From assembly GCA_038523235.1 (NCBI GenBank), contig JBCBJQ010000028.1, positions 1 through 56,703 on the forward strand: DNA of 56,703 bases, read 5' to 3'. Numbering within the stretch: position 1 is the stretch's first letter; each line of letters opens with the position of its first letter. Source of the DNA: Cyanobacteria bacterium J06626_4. GTDB taxonomy: Bacteria > Cyanobacteriota > Cyanobacteriia > Phormidesmidales > Phormidesmidaceae. The notes beneath the pieces are model-generated. The model made no database searches, was not told the DNA's origin, and saw only the letters and a list, made by a program, of their open reading frames with translations. This document shows, piece by piece, positions 40,678 to 51,049 of the stretch. The position numbers and the translations under genes were made by a program.

Positions 40678-42339
40678 TCAATCCGTGAACGCCCCTTGAC
40701 GTGCAGCCTTAACTGCAGCTGGTGAGACCAGTTGCGCCAGCACCACCGCTTGTCCCTCCGGTGTTTGGCTATAGGTAAAACCATAGGGGACGGTTGCCGG
40801 CAGTTCTGCCATGAGCTGCTCAAATACGTAGGGACTGCCATAGACAACCAGTCCGGCTAGCAGTTGGCAGGCATTGAGCTGCTCAAAGCACTGGCGAGCG
40901 TAGTCACTGAGTCCGGCGCGACCGCGAAAAGGATTGCCTCGGCTAAAAATTTGGAGCACTGTTGGCTGATCCGATTGCACCAGCTGATCAAGCGACACCG
41001 AGCAAACCTGCGCATCGACCAGCCGGGCTTGATAACCGCTTTGGGCGGGACGGGCGATCGCCGGCGCTTGAGAGCTGAGCCAGTCGGTATTCAACACGTC
41101 GTCAACAATCACCAGCGATTGTCCTTGCGTCGCCGCGGGGAGTGGCGCAATCTGCCCCCGGCACTGTGTGGACGCCTGCAGAATCTGGGCCAGGGTCTGT
41201 CGCGCTGGGGGTGTCGCCAAGCCCTCTAGTTGCACGGGCGGCGGCGGCACATGCTCCCAGGCGTGACAGGCTTCGGGAGGAATCGTGAGGCCACTGCTCA
41301 CCTTTTGTTTGGCGCGCCACACCCGTTCGACTGACATCAGAATGCGCTCGGGAGCCACTCGCCGCGTGCGCACCGCTTCGCACACCGCCTCAATCGTGCC
41401 AGCGGGATCGGCGGGCATCAGCAAGATATCTGCCCCGGCTTCGAGCGCCAGCACCGCCGCTTCGTAGGGGCCATACTGGTTGGCGATCGCCCCCATAATC
41501 AGCGCATCGGTCACCACTAAGCCGTCAAACCCCAGGTCTTGCCGCAACAGCCGCGTCAAAATGGCGGGTGACAGCGTCGCTGGCAACTGGGGGTCAACGA
41601 CGGGCACCTGCAGATGAGCGGTCATCACCGCATCAACCCCACTCGCGATCGCGGTGCGAAACGGCGCGAGTTCCACACGATCAAGCCGCTGATAATCGTG
41701 AGGAATCACGGGCAACTGCAGATGCGAATCGACAGCCGTATCGCCATGCCCCGGAAAATGCTTGGCCGTCGTCAGCAGCGGCCACTGCTGTGCCCCTTGA
41801 ATAAAGGCCTGACTGAGTTTGCCAACCACATCGGGCGTATCGCCAAACGCCCGCACGTTGATGACTGGGTTGTCAGCATTGTTGTTGACATCAACCACCG
41901 GCGCGAGTATCCAGTTGAGGCCAATGGCAGTAGCCTCTTGGGCAGTAACGGCCCCCATTTGCTGCGCGTAGTCACAGGCTAAGGCCAAGTCATGCTGAGC
42001 GATCGCCGCTAAGGCCATCGGTGGGGGGAAATAAGTGGCTCCGGCAAATCGCTGACCCACGCCTTCTTCAATATCTGCCGCGAGCAAGAGGGAAATCTCA
42101 GCCCAGGATTGCAACTGCTGCGATCGCACTCCCACTTCTGCAGCACTGCCCCCCAACAAAATCACGCCGCCGATGCCCAAATCTTCAACACAGTGGCGCA
42201 AGTCAGCCGCGTTCAGCTCCCACTGGGGATAGCGGCGCTGATGATCAAATAAAAATCCCGAAGCGCGAACGGTAATGAGTTGGGCGACCTGAGCTTCTAG
42301 GGAGAGGGTCTCAGGATCCGGCAAACCGAGTCGCGTCAC
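40678..42339 (-). CDS. nagZ: GH3 beta-N-acetylhexosaminidase (NagZ-type)
   Basis: KHFPGHGDTAVDSH NagZ signature, DIEEG and VTDAL motifs; start overlaps the rbfA stop. Confidence 0.85.
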   Translation of the reverse strand: MTRLGLPDPETLSLEAQVAQLITVRASGFLFDHQRRYPQWELNAADLRHCVEDLGIGGVILLGGSAAEVGVRSQQLQSWAEISLLLAADIEEGVGQRFAGATYFPPPMALAAIAQHDLALACDYAQQMGAVTAQEATAIGLNWILAPVVDVNNNADNPVINVRAFGDTPDVVGKLSQAFIQGAQQWPLLTTAKHFPGHGDTAVDSHLQLPVIPHDYQRLDRVELAPFRTAIASGVDAVMTAHLQVPVVDPQLPATLSPAILTRLLRQDLGFDGLVVTDALIMGAIANQYGPYEAAVLALEAGADILLMPADPAGTIEAVCEAVRTRRVAPERILMSVERVWRAKQKVSSGLTIPPEACHAWEHVPPPPVQLEGLATPPARQTLAQILQASTQCRGQIAPLPAATQGQSLVIVDDVLNTDWLSSQAPAIARPAQSGYQARLVDAQVCSVSLDQLVQSDQPTVLQIFSRGNPFRGRAGLSDYARQCFEQLNACQLLAGLVVYGSPYVFEQLMAELPATVPYGFTYSQTPEGQAVVLAQLVSPAAVKAARQGAFTD

Positions 42340-42785
42340 TACCGTTCCTCAGTAGCCGCAGGAATATCAGTACCGTAACTTTCGTCTCCGAGTTCTCCTG
42401 AGTCGTCTGCTAACTCATTAGCCGGAGTTTCACTGTCAACATTTAGCTGATTAATCAGTGACAACACCCGAGTACCGCGCTCTACGGCCAGATCTTCGCG
42501 AAACAAAATCTCCGGCGTGCGGCGGAGGCGAATGCGCTGCCCCAATTCCCGACGAATATAGCCAGTCGCTGCCTGCAACCCCGCCATCGTTTCCACCTTG
42601 GCTTCGTCAGTGCCATAAATGCTGACAAATATTTTGGCGTGCTGCAAGTCGCCAGACACGACGACATCCGTCACGCTGGCCATCCCGGCCCCGACGCGAT
42701 CGTCCTTGATCTCTGACATGAGCATTTGGCTCACCTCGCGCTTGATCAGAGATGCGACTCGGGCAACTCGTCGATCATTAGCCAT
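42339..42785 (-). CDS. rbfA: Ribosome-binding factor A
   Basis: [27 protein letters not shown] and RLRRTPE motifs. Confidence 0.97.
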   Translation of the reverse strand: MANDRRVARVASLIKREVSQMLMSEIKDDRVGAGMASVTDVVVSGDLQHAKIFVSIYGTDEAKVETMAGLQAATGYIRRELGQRIRLRRTPEILFREDLAVERGTRVLSLINQLNVDSETPANELADDSGELGDESYGTDIPAATEER

Positions 42786-42888
42786 GACACAGTCCTCTCA
42801 CAAAAATTATTGACCGGCTGCCCAGCACTGAACCGTCGCTTGACTCAGCGCTCGACGATCCTCGACTGACCGATTGGCTCCTACTGAC

Positions 42889-43092
42889 CTATGCCACAGA
42901 CAGGCCCAGCATGGCTCTCAACGTCACGGACAGAAACACAAAAGCCGCAATCACCAAGCCGACCAGGGCGATCGCAGTAGTCGGTCGCTTGAGCAACGGC
43001 ACGATAGGTTCAATGGCGTTGAAAAAGATTCCCAGGGAAAAAGAAATCAAAAATCTGGGATATCGTGAAACATTCTTAAAAAACTCTTGCAT
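42889..43092 (-). CDS. DUF751/Ycf33 family membrane protein
   Basis: FFKNVSRYPRFLIS...TLRAMLG; usual position upstream of rbfA. Confidence 0.88.
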   Translation of the reverse strand: MQEFFKNVSRYPRFLISFSLGIFFNAIEPIVPLLKRPTTAIALVGLVIAAFVFLSVTLRAMLGLSVA

Positions 43093-43214
43093 AATTCAAC
43101 CCAGCGCAACTTCAAATTGAGCAGCAGCGCGATTGTTGGCGATAAATCACTGCGATTCAATCCTATCGCAGTTCAGGAGTGAATGAATTGACCAGACAAA
43201 TTGTCCGCGCCCTT

Positions 43215-43235
43215 TACAATAAGTACGTCTGTTCG
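43215..43235 (+). promoter_or_regulatory. -10 element plus cyanobacterial LexA box upstream of dam
   Basis: TACAAT (43215-43220) followed by AGTACGTCTGTTCG (43222-43235), a full match to RGTACNNNDGTWCB. Confidence 0.65.
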
Positions 43236-43312
43236 CAGAGGAGAGCTAGCAACTTCTCCTCGGTGAATAACAGCGTTCATTCCTCCATTGCCAACCACGG
43301 GTTGCTAATGCC

Positions 43313-44164
43313 ATGACGGCTGCCCTCAAACCCCAGATCACGCCTCGTCCGTTCCTCAAATGGGCGGGCGGCAAAGGGCGGCTCATTGAGCAATATCACG
43401 CTTATTTCCCGCCTCAAATTGGCCGCTATCACGAACCTTTTTTAGGGGGCGGGGCGGTATTCTTTCACCTAGCTGCTCGCTGTCGTCAAGCCGTTTTAGC
43501 AGATCTGAATGCAGAACTGGTCAACGTCTATTGCTGTGTGCGCGATGATGTGGAAACCCTGATTGATCTCCTGCAGGTTCATCAAGACCGTCACTGCCAC
43601 GACTATTACTACACTATGCGGGCTCAGGGAGCATTGCGATCGCCAACCCGGCGGGCGGCACGTCTGGTCTATCTCAACAAAACCTGCTTCAACGGCCTTT
43701 ATCGAGAAAACTCGAAAGGTCATTTCAACGTGCCGATGGGGCGCTATCAAAAGCCTAAAGTTTGTGATGCCGAGACGTTGCGTCACGCCTCAGCAGCTCT
43801 GCAACAGACTGATTTAACCTGCGCCCAATTTCCCAGCATTTTAGATCGAGCCCAGAGTTCCGAAGACTTTGTCTACTTTGATCCGCCCTATCACCCCATT
43901 AGCGCCACCAGTAGCTTTACCCGATATAACCGGTATGGCTTTCAAGCCGCTGACCAGCAGCAGCTGCACCAAACGTTTGCGCAGCTGGCCCACCGGGGTG
44001 TCAAAGTCATGCTGTCTAATTCTGACTGTCCGTTTATTCAAGACCTCTATCAAGACTTCTATATTCATCAGATTCAGGCCTCGCGGGCGATCAACTGTAA
44101 GGCCAAACGGCGCGGCAAAATCTCAGAGTTAGTGATTACGTCTTATCCAATGTTGAAAGATTAG
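43313..44164 (+). CDS. dam: Dam-type (D12 class) N6-adenine DNA methyltransferase, orphan
   Basis: FLKWAGGK, EPFLGGGAV, CFNGLYR and FDPPY motifs; no endonuclease next to it. Confidence 0.92.
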   Translation: MTAALKPQITPRPFLKWAGGKGRLIEQYHAYFPPQIGRYHEPFLGGGAVFFHLAARCRQAVLADLNAELVNVYCCVRDDVETLIDLLQVHQDRHCHDYYYTMRAQGALRSPTRRAARLVYLNKTCFNGLYRENSKGHFNVPMGRYQKPKVCDAETLRHASAALQQTDLTCAQFPSILDRAQSSEDFVYFDPPYHPISATSSFTRYNRYGFQAADQQQLHQTFAQLAHRGVKVMLSNSDCPFIQDLYQDFYIHQIQASRAINCKAKRRGKISELVITSYPMLKD

Positions 44165-44716
44165 ACGAGCTTGCGAGTTCATACCCTCGTGACTACTGGG
44201 GGACAAGGGAGACTCGAGCAGGACCAGGCTGCGCAGTCCACCATAGACCAGCATCATTCTCAGACCCGTTGGTGAGCAACCGGCAGGCGATCTCGGTGAG
44301 GTCACTGATCAACAAGTTTACCAGTGCTTCCAAAAGTGCAGAGCAACCTTGCTTCCTCGCACCTTCAGGCTGATGAACGACCGCATTCCCGGGCGAAGTC
44401 CTGTTACCCCCAACGGCGATCGCTCCCATTAGCATCTCTCAGTATTTAGCGGTAGTCTGCTGAGAATGAATGAAGCACAGCTTTCATGACAGAGTCTGGT
44501 AGGGTATAAAACTTGTGGCCTCAATGTAAACATATATTGCTGATCGTCCGGCCTCACCAACGGCTCAGCCGATGGCACGCCCATGCCGCATTGCAGTGAA
44601 GACAGCCGTCTGGCTTGACGTATCAGCAGCTCAACAGCAACGAGAGTCTGTCTCAGCCGGAGCAACCGATTAGGCTGCCGCTAAGTTGATCAGTGCATAA
44701 CAAGGGTGAAAGATTG

Positions 44717-46294
44717 GTGAAAGTCCTCAAGACGATTGAAGGCTTAAAGAGTTGTTTGGCGATTTGGCGGCAGCCCTCTGCCGCAACTTATCCTGAAATT
44801 GCTTCGGTGGGTTTGGTGCCAACCATGGGGGCACTGCATCTGGGACACATCAGTTTAATTCGACGAGCCCGCCAAGAAAACGATCGCGTCGTCGTCAGTA
44901 TTTTTGTCAATCCCCTCCAGTTTGGCCCCCATGAAGATTTAGAGGCCTATCCGCGCACCCTAGAGCAGGATATGGCCACATGCGAAGCGGCGCAGGTCGA
45001 TGCGATTTTTTGCCCCCATCCCCGTACGCTCTATTCCGCAGGCACTTCAGCTGCCACACTATTAACCCAGGTTATACCGCCTGAGCCCTTGACTCAGACT
45101 CTATGTGCTCCTCGCCGACCAGAACATTTTGCCGGTGTCACAACGGTGGTGGCCAAACTGTTCAACCTGGTGACGCCTAACCGCGCCTACTTTGGCCGTA
45201 AAGATGCCCAGCAGCTAGCGATCATCAAACAAATGGTGGCAGACTTAAATTGGCCGGTCAAAGTCATTGGTTGTGGCATTGTGCGGGAGTCTGACGGGTT
45301 AGCCTACAGTTCGCGAAACCAGTATCTCACCGCCACTCAGCGCCATCAGGCGACAACGCTCTATACCGGGCTGCAGGCCGCCAAAACGGCATTTGCCGAG
45401 GGCGAACGCCAGACTCAGAGTCTGCTTGCAGCAGCGGAAACGCCGATCAATCTAGTGCCCAGCATCCGGGTGGAATATCTGGAACTGGTGCATCCGGAAA
45501 CACTACAGCCGATGGCTCAGGTCGAGACCGTCGGACTCTTGGCGATCGCGGCTTATCTGGGCAATACACGTCTGATCGACAATGTGCTGTTGCGATCGCG
45601 GCGACCGATTGTGGCGATCGATGGGCCAGCGGGAGCCGGCAAATCAACAGTGGCGCGTTTAGTCGCCGATCAAATTGGGCTGATGTATCTCGACAGCGGC
45701 GCAATGTACCGCGCCGTCACCTGGCAGGTGCTGCAGTTAGGCCTTGAGCCGACCGATGAGGTGGCGGTGGCGGAGATTCTGGCTGATTGCCACATTCGCT
45801 TAGCGTCAGAACCAGCTCCTGCCGGACAGGTCGGGTTAACTCGGGTTTGGGTCAACGAGCAAGAGGTGACGCAAATAATTCGCAGTGCTCACGTTACTGG
45901 CAACGTTTCGACCGTAGCCGCTCAGCCCGCTGTCCGGGAAGTGCTGCTCACCCAACAGCAAGCCTGTGGTGACCAGGGCGGAGTCGTGATGGAAGGACGC
46001 GACATTGGCACACAGGTGTTTCCTTTTGCGGAACTGAAGGTGTTTTTGACGGCTTCAGTGCAGGAGCGAGCTCGCCGCCGCCAGCGCGATATGGCCGCGC
46101 AAAATCAGCCGCCGATGAGTTTAGAAGCGCTTGAACGCGCCATTGATGATCGTGATCGCCAAGACAGCACTCGCCGAGTTGCGCCACTACGCCAGGCTGA
46201 AGATGCGATCGAGCTGTGTTCTGATGGGCTCTCGATTCCTCAAGTGGTGGAGAAAATCGTTGCTCTATATCGCGATCGCCTCGATGCAGAGTAG
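44717..46294 (+). CDS. panC/cmk: Bifunctional pantoate--beta-alanine ligase / cytidylate kinase
   Basis: PTMGALHLGH, FGRKDAQQ, SSRN and RLIDN, then IDGPAGAGKST and EGRDIG; start uncertain (44693 or 44717). Confidence 0.96.
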   Translation: MKVLKTIEGLKSCLAIWRQPSAATYPEIASVGLVPTMGALHLGHISLIRRARQENDRVVVSIFVNPLQFGPHEDLEAYPRTLEQDMATCEAAQVDAIFCPHPRTLYSAGTSAATLLTQVIPPEPLTQTLCAPRRPEHFAGVTTVVAKLFNLVTPNRAYFGRKDAQQLAIIKQMVADLNWPVKVIGCGIVRESDGLAYSSRNQYLTATQRHQATTLYTGLQAAKTAFAEGERQTQSLLAAAETPINLVPSIRVEYLELVHPETLQPMAQVETVGLLAIAAYLGNTRLIDNVLLRSRRPIVAIDGPAGAGKSTVARLVADQIGLMYLDSGAMYRAVTWQVLQLGLEPTDEVAVAEILADCHIRLASEPAPAGQVGLTRVWVNEQEVTQIIRSAHVTGNVSTVAAQPAVREVLLTQQQACGDQGGVVMEGRDIGTQVFPFAELKVFLTASVQERARRRQRDMAAQNQPPMSLEALERAIDDRDRQDSTRRVAPLRQAEDAIELCSDGLSIPQVVEKIVALYRDRLDAE

Positions 46295-46460
46295 GGCGAT
46301 CGCGTCATGGCCATTCTCAATTCTGGGACTTCCGATGCCATCTCGGACCCTCAGGGGAAACAAGGAGTCGGAGACCAAATTTGGATGGAGCGCTGAATCA
46401 CCGATCACTTGGTCATGGCAGGTGCTCGCCGAAGTCTCAATTTCGAAGAACATGCCAAAG

Positions 46461-46491
46461 AAAAAGGACGCTTGCTGAGCAAGCGTCCTTT
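46461..46491 (-). terminator. Rho-independent terminator of psbD
   Basis: AAAGGACGCTTGC-N3-GCAAGCGTCCTTT with a T-run on the minus strand, about 20 nt after the psbD stop. Confidence 0.85.
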
Positions 46492-46513
46492 CAAGTTAGT
46501 TACCCAGTGGGTT

Positions 46514-47572
46514 TTACAGCGCGTTACCGCGGGGTAGAACTTCCTCAGGGAATACAAACTTCTCGTGCGGCTGGTCAGTCGGAGCCATCCAGGCCCGAAT
46601 ACCTTCGTTCAACAAAATGTTCTTCGTGTAGAACGTCTCAAACTCAGGGTCTTCCGCCGCGCGGATTTCCTGAGACACAAAGTCATAGGCGCGTAGGTTC
46701 AAACCTAAACCCACTACACCCACTGACGCCATCCACAGACCCGTCACTGGCACAAACAACATGAAGAAGTGCAGCCAGCGCTTGTTGGAAAACGCAATCC
46801 CGAAAATCTGTGACCAGAATCGGTTTGCCGTCACCATCGAATAGGTCTCTTCGGCTTGGGTCGGCTCAAACGCCCGGAAGGTGTTGGAACCATCGCCATC
46901 GTCAAACAGCGTGTTCTCCACGGTCGCCCCGTGAATCGCACAGAGCAGCGCTCCGCCCAACACACCCGCCACACCCATCATGTGGAAGGGGTTCAAGGTC
47001 CAGTTGTGGAACCCTTGGAAGAACAGCAGGAAGCGGAAAATGGCCGCTACGCCGAAGCTCGGCGCAAAGAACCAGCTGCTCTGTCCCAACGGGTACATCA
47101 AGAAGACGGAGACAAACACCGCAATCGGTGCAGAAAAGGCGATCGCGTTGTAGGGTCGCAGACCCACCAAACGCGCTACTTCAAACTGACGCAGCATGAA
47201 GCCAATCAGTGCGAAGGCGCCGTGCAGAGCCACGAAGCTCCACAAACCGCCAATTTGGCACCAGCGCACGAAGTCGCCTTGGGCCTCGGGCCCCCACAGC
47301 AGCAGCAGGGAGTGACCCATGCTCGCGGCCGGGGTGGACACCGCGACGGTTAAAAAGTTACAGCCTTCCAAGTAGGAGGAGGCTAATCCATGGGTATACC
47401 AGGATGTGGCAAAGGTAGTTCCGGTCAGCCAGCCCCCAATCGCCATGTAGGCGCAGGGGAACAGCAGCAAACCAGACCAGCCTACAAAGACGAATCGGTC
47501 GCGCTTTAGCCAGTCATCGAGGACGTCGAACCATCCTCGCTGGGCTTGCGCTCGTCCCATTGCTATGGTCAT
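46514..47572 (-). CDS. psbD: Photosystem II D2 protein (monocistronic copy)
   Basis: MTIAMGR...[21 protein letters not shown]...[10 protein letters not shown]; 352 aa. Confidence 0.99.
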   Translation of the reverse strand: MTIAMGRAQAQRGWFDVLDDWLKRDRFVFVGWSGLLLFPCAYMAIGGWLTGTTFATSWYTHGLASSYLEGCNFLTVAVSTPAASMGHSLLLLWGPEAQGDFVRWCQIGGLWSFVALHGAFALIGFMLRQFEVARLVGLRPYNAIAFSAPIAVFVSVFLMYPLGQSSWFFAPSFGVAAIFRFLLFFQGFHNWTLNPFHMMGVAGVLGGALLCAIHGATVENTLFDDGDGSNTFRAFEPTQAEETYSMVTANRFWSQIFGIAFSNKRWLHFFMLFVPVTGLWMASVGVVGLGLNLRAYDFVSQEIRAAEDPEFETFYTKNILLNEGIRAWMAPTDQPHEKFVFPEEVLPRGNAL

Positions 47573-47807
47573 TTCAAACCCTCTTATCTATAGCTAGGAA
47601 TCCAGCATGTTTATCATGCAAGACTTTGCATGTTTATTGCAAAGCTGCGATCGCCCCGATAGAGGCCCTATACTCTGCTAATGAGAGGTTAGCCCTATCG
47701 ATGCGTTCTCAAATGCTCACTAGGTGAGTCATTAGAGAAATGCAGGTTTCTAATTATGATAGGGATTGATCCAATTTTTTACAATCTGATACTTAAATTC
47801 TCAGGTC

Positions 47808-48374
47808 ATGATTGCATCCGCACAAGCTAGTACAAACTCGGTTTTAAAGTATCCAGTGCTGGGGGCTCGGCGCCTCAGCAACTATTGGTGGGCAACGGTT
47901 ATGTCTCTGGGAGCGACAGGATTTTTCCTGGCTAGCCTCTCCAGTTATTTGCAGATTAACCTTCTACCATTTGCTGATCCCACTTCGCTGATTTTTATTC
48001 CTCAGGGAGTTGCCATGGGATTCTATGGCGTCGTCGGCATTTTGTTGGCAGGCTATCTTTGGGTGATTATCACGTTGAACGTCGGCGGCGGCTACAACGA
48101 ATTTAATAAAGAGACCGGTAAGGTGCGGATCTTTCGTGCCGGCTTTTTGGGCAAGAATCGCAGCATCGAAATTGAGCATCCCTTGGACAAGGTTCAAGCC
48201 ATCAGAGTCGATATTCGCGAAGGCCTGAACCCTAAGCGGGCACTCTATCTGCGCGTCAAAGGCCGACCCGAAATTCCCCTCACCCGAGTCGGGCAGCCGC
48301 TGCCCCTATCAGAGATCGAAAACCAAGGCGCTGAGTTAGCTCGATTTTTGGAGGTGCCCCTCGAAGGGCTGTAG
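47808..48374 (+). CDS. ycf4: Photosystem I assembly protein Ycf4
   Basis: GARRLSNYWWA, FIPQGVAMGFYG, NVGGGYNEF and ELARFLEVPLEG motifs. Confidence 0.98.
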   Translation: MIASAQASTNSVLKYPVLGARRLSNYWWATVMSLGATGFFLASLSSYLQINLLPFADPTSLIFIPQGVAMGFYGVVGILLAGYLWVIITLNVGGGYNEFNKETGKVRIFRAGFLGKNRSIEIEHPLDKVQAIRVDIREGLNPKRALYLRVKGRPEIPLTRVGQPLPLSEIENQGAELARFLEVPLEGL

Positions 48375-48844
48375 ACCAACCAGCCGAGGTGAGGACAGAG
48401 ATCGCGACTCTAATGGCTGGATGAGTTCGTCATCAGTGCAACTGGAGAGGGCAAAGCTGGAAAGTGATGGCCAAGTGTTTCGTCTTTAGGCCTGCCTGGT
48501 GAATTTCGCATGGCAACTATAGGGATTGGCAATGCCGGGAAATTATTAACCGCCCCCTGCAGGAAAGGAATTGCCTGGAAGCTCATAGCCATTTATTGAA
48601 GCTCATGCCGTCTCGTTCAAAATTCTCAACAGCGACAACTGTTTTCAACGATTTGCAGTTAGTTGGGATGCCTGTGTTCTGAGCTAGAGACTGGACTGCA
48701 GCCTTGCCGCTTGGTCGCCAATCCAGCGCTGACGGCCTTAATCTGAAACCGTTATGCGAGTTGGTGGCAGCTTACCCTCAATTTGACGGCAAACATGCCA
48801 GAATGTATGGCCTCACTTCGTACACCCTTTGGAGCAAGCGATCA

Positions 48845-49618
48845 ATGATAATGCAGCTTCGACAATGGAGTTGGATACTCTGCCTGGTCGTGCTTTTAGC
48901 TGGCGTAGCTAGCTGCACCAATAATGAACCGACCGCTGATACAACAACTAGCGAGACGCCCTTAGAAGAGACCGTTCCACCCGCTGCAGAAACTCCGGCA
49001 GCGACCGCTGAACTTGACGCTAACTTGCCCGTTTTAGACGGGATGGCGATGGTTGAGATGCAGATCAACGGGAGTACCGTGGTCATGGAAGTTGACGGGA
49101 CGAAAGCCCCAGTCACCGCAGGTAATTTTGTCGATTTGGTCGAGCGCGGCGTGTATGACGGCGTGGCCTTTCACCGAGTGGTGAAATCGCCGGAACCTTT
49201 CGTCGTCCAGGGGGGCGATCCTCAGAGCACAGATCCTTCGGTGCCGCTCCAAGCGTTGGGTACCGGCGGCTTTATTGATCCGGAAACGAATGAGCAGCGC
49301 TACATTCCCCTAGAGATTCAGCCAGTCGGGGCGGAGTCGCCGGTGTACGGTCAACCCTTAGAGGCGGCTAACATCGCCGCACCCCCGACCCTCAGCCACA
49401 CCCGCGGGGCCCTGGCGATGGCACGATCGCAGCTACCAGATTCGGCCTCGGCGCAGTTTTATTTTGCGCTGGCTGATCTGCCGTTTTTAGACGGGAGCTA
49501 TGCGGTATTTGGGTATGTCACCGACGGCATGGATGTCGTCGACGCCATTGAGCAAGGCGACATCGTCGAAGCAGCCACGGTCGTCTCGGGGATTGAAAAT
49601 CTCCGCCAGCCTGAATAG
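48845..49618 (+). CDS. Cyclophilin-type peptidyl-prolyl isomerase, lipoprotein
   Basis: APVTAGNF, FHRVV, QGGDP, AMARS and YAVFG motifs; lipobox VASC; ATG 48845 or 48851. Confidence 0.93.
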   Translation: MIMQLRQWSWILCLVVLLAGVASCTNNEPTADTTTSETPLEETVPPAAETPAATAELDANLPVLDGMAMVEMQINGSTVVMEVDGTKAPVTAGNFVDLVERGVYDGVAFHRVVKSPEPFVVQGGDPQSTDPSVPLQALGTGGFIDPETNEQRYIPLEIQPVGAESPVYGQPLEAANIAAPPTLSHTRGALAMARSQLPDSASAQFYFALADLPFLDGSYAVFGYVTDGMDVVDAIEQGDIVEAATVVSGIENLRQPE

Positions 49619-49627
49619 AAATTATTC

Positions 49628-50743
49628 ATGGCCGTAGTCGTCACGGGGCTCGGATGGGTGTCGGCCCTCGGGAAAAACGCCCATGAGACCTGGCAGCGTT
49701 TGCTGCGAGGAGACAGTGCGATCGCGCTGCGTCAGCCCTTTGCCGCCCTATCTCCTCGCCCTTTGGCCATGATAGGCAAGTGGCCCAGCGATTTAAATAC
49801 CTTGTTGTTGCGGGCCGTGACGGCTGCCGTCAGTGATGCCCAGTTGTCTTTGCCACTGCCGGACTGCGGCGTGGTAATCGGCAGCAGTCGCGGTTATCAG
49901 CGTGATTGGGAAGCGGCTCTCGTGGCTGATCAGGCGGCGGGTTGGCTGAATCATCTGCCTCACATGGGGGCAATGACCGTGGCTCGCTATCTGGCTAGCC
50001 AAGGGCCAGTGTTGTCGCCGATGGCAGCTTGTGCGACGGGTTTGTGGGCGATCGCCCAGGGTGCCGAGCTAATTCGCACTGGGCAATGTGACCAAGTTCT
50101 TGTAGGGGCGGGCGAAGCGCCCATCACTCCCCTGGCGCTAACGGGATTTGAGCAAATGAAGGCCTTAGCCCAAACTGGCTGCTATCCCTTTGATGATCAC
50201 CGCGAAGGGCTAGTTTTAGGTGAGGGCGCAGCGGTGCTGATGCTAGAGTCGGCGGCAGCAGCCCAAGCTCGTGGGGCAAAGATTTATGGCCGCATTTTAG
50301 GCACTGGCTTAACGGCCGACGCCAATCACATCAGTGCGCCTGACGCGATGAGCCAGCAAGGGGGCTTATCTGCCTTGAACAGTTGCCTGCAGCGCAGTCA
50401 GTTGCAGCCAACGGATGTCAGCTTCGTTCACGCCCACGGCACGAGCACGAGGCTCAATGATGCCTATGAAGCGGCACTGATTCAAACAGTCTTGCCCTCG
50501 GCAACTTGGGTGACCGGTACGAAAGGAGCGACGGGGCATACGCTAGGAGCCTCCGGTGCCATGGGCGCTGCCGCCTGTTTGCTGGCATTAAATCAGCAAA
50601 TGTTGCCGCCCTGCACAGGGTTGCGCACTGCCGCTTTTGATCTGAACCTGGTGAAGCAGGCTACGTCAGCATCCCTGGACACCGCCCTTTGCATGAGCTT
50701 TGGTTTTGGTGGCCAGAACGCCATGGTGGCCTTTAGCCGTTGA
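49628..50743 (+). CDS. Beta-ketoacyl-ACP synthase (FabF-like)
   Basis: Cys-His-His triad: AACATG, HAHGTST and KGATGH; C-terminal SFGFGGQN. Confidence 0.9.
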   Translation: MAVVVTGLGWVSALGKNAHETWQRLLRGDSAIALRQPFAALSPRPLAMIGKWPSDLNTLLLRAVTAAVSDAQLSLPLPDCGVVIGSSRGYQRDWEAALVADQAAGWLNHLPHMGAMTVARYLASQGPVLSPMAACATGLWAIAQGAELIRTGQCDQVLVGAGEAPITPLALTGFEQMKALAQTGCYPFDDHREGLVLGEGAAVLMLESAAAAQARGAKIYGRILGTGLTADANHISAPDAMSQQGGLSALNSCLQRSQLQPTDVSFVHAHGTSTRLNDAYEAALIQTVLPSATWVTGTKGATGHTLGASGAMGAAACLLALNQQMLPPCTGLRTAAFDLNLVKQATSASLDTALCMSFGFGGQNAMVAFSR

Positions 50744-50880
50744 GTTGATCAAATAACCTAGAGATTCCTCCTACGGTAAAAGGGGTCCCCCCGCCTCTCC
50801 AGCCAGGATAATCATCTCTCTAGGCGATCGCCCCAGCCAAACCGAAACCTTGAAAATCTCCGTAATCACGGCCTCAATGT

Positions 50881-50925
50881 TGCCCCCCTTGCTCCCTCTA
50901 CTCCTTCGCCCCCTTGCTCCCCAGT
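50881..50925. repeat. Pyrimidine-rich degenerate 8-9-mer tandem repeats (STRR-like)
   Basis: CCCCTTGCTCCCTCTACTCCTTCGCCCCCTTGCTCCCCAG. Confidence 0.45.
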
Positions 50926-51049
50926 TCTGCTCATTGGCTCTACCTGACGCACCGATCACGACAAGCCATCACAAATCAACACACCTTAAGAACGGCACAG
51001 AGCTTTTCGTTATAGTGGTTTCTGCACTTCATCCCTGTCTTTTTCCAAG

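Noticed and set aside
43313..44690. Restriction-modification system around dam; short ORFs at 44193-44665
   Set aside because: No endonuclease-like ORF; the short ORFs have no recognisable motifs; orphan Dam-type methylases are normal in cyanobacteria
44717..46294. panC-cmk fusion as a novelty
   Set aside because: Standard arrangement in cyanobacteria
46514..47572. Far-red-light (FaRLiP) D2 variant
   Set aside because: Sequence looks like standard D2, and there are no rfpABC, chlF or apc paralogs nearby
49628..50743. Type II PKS or secondary-metabolite cluster
   Set aside because: Lone ketosynthase with no ACP, chain-length factor or tailoring genes; embedded in core genes
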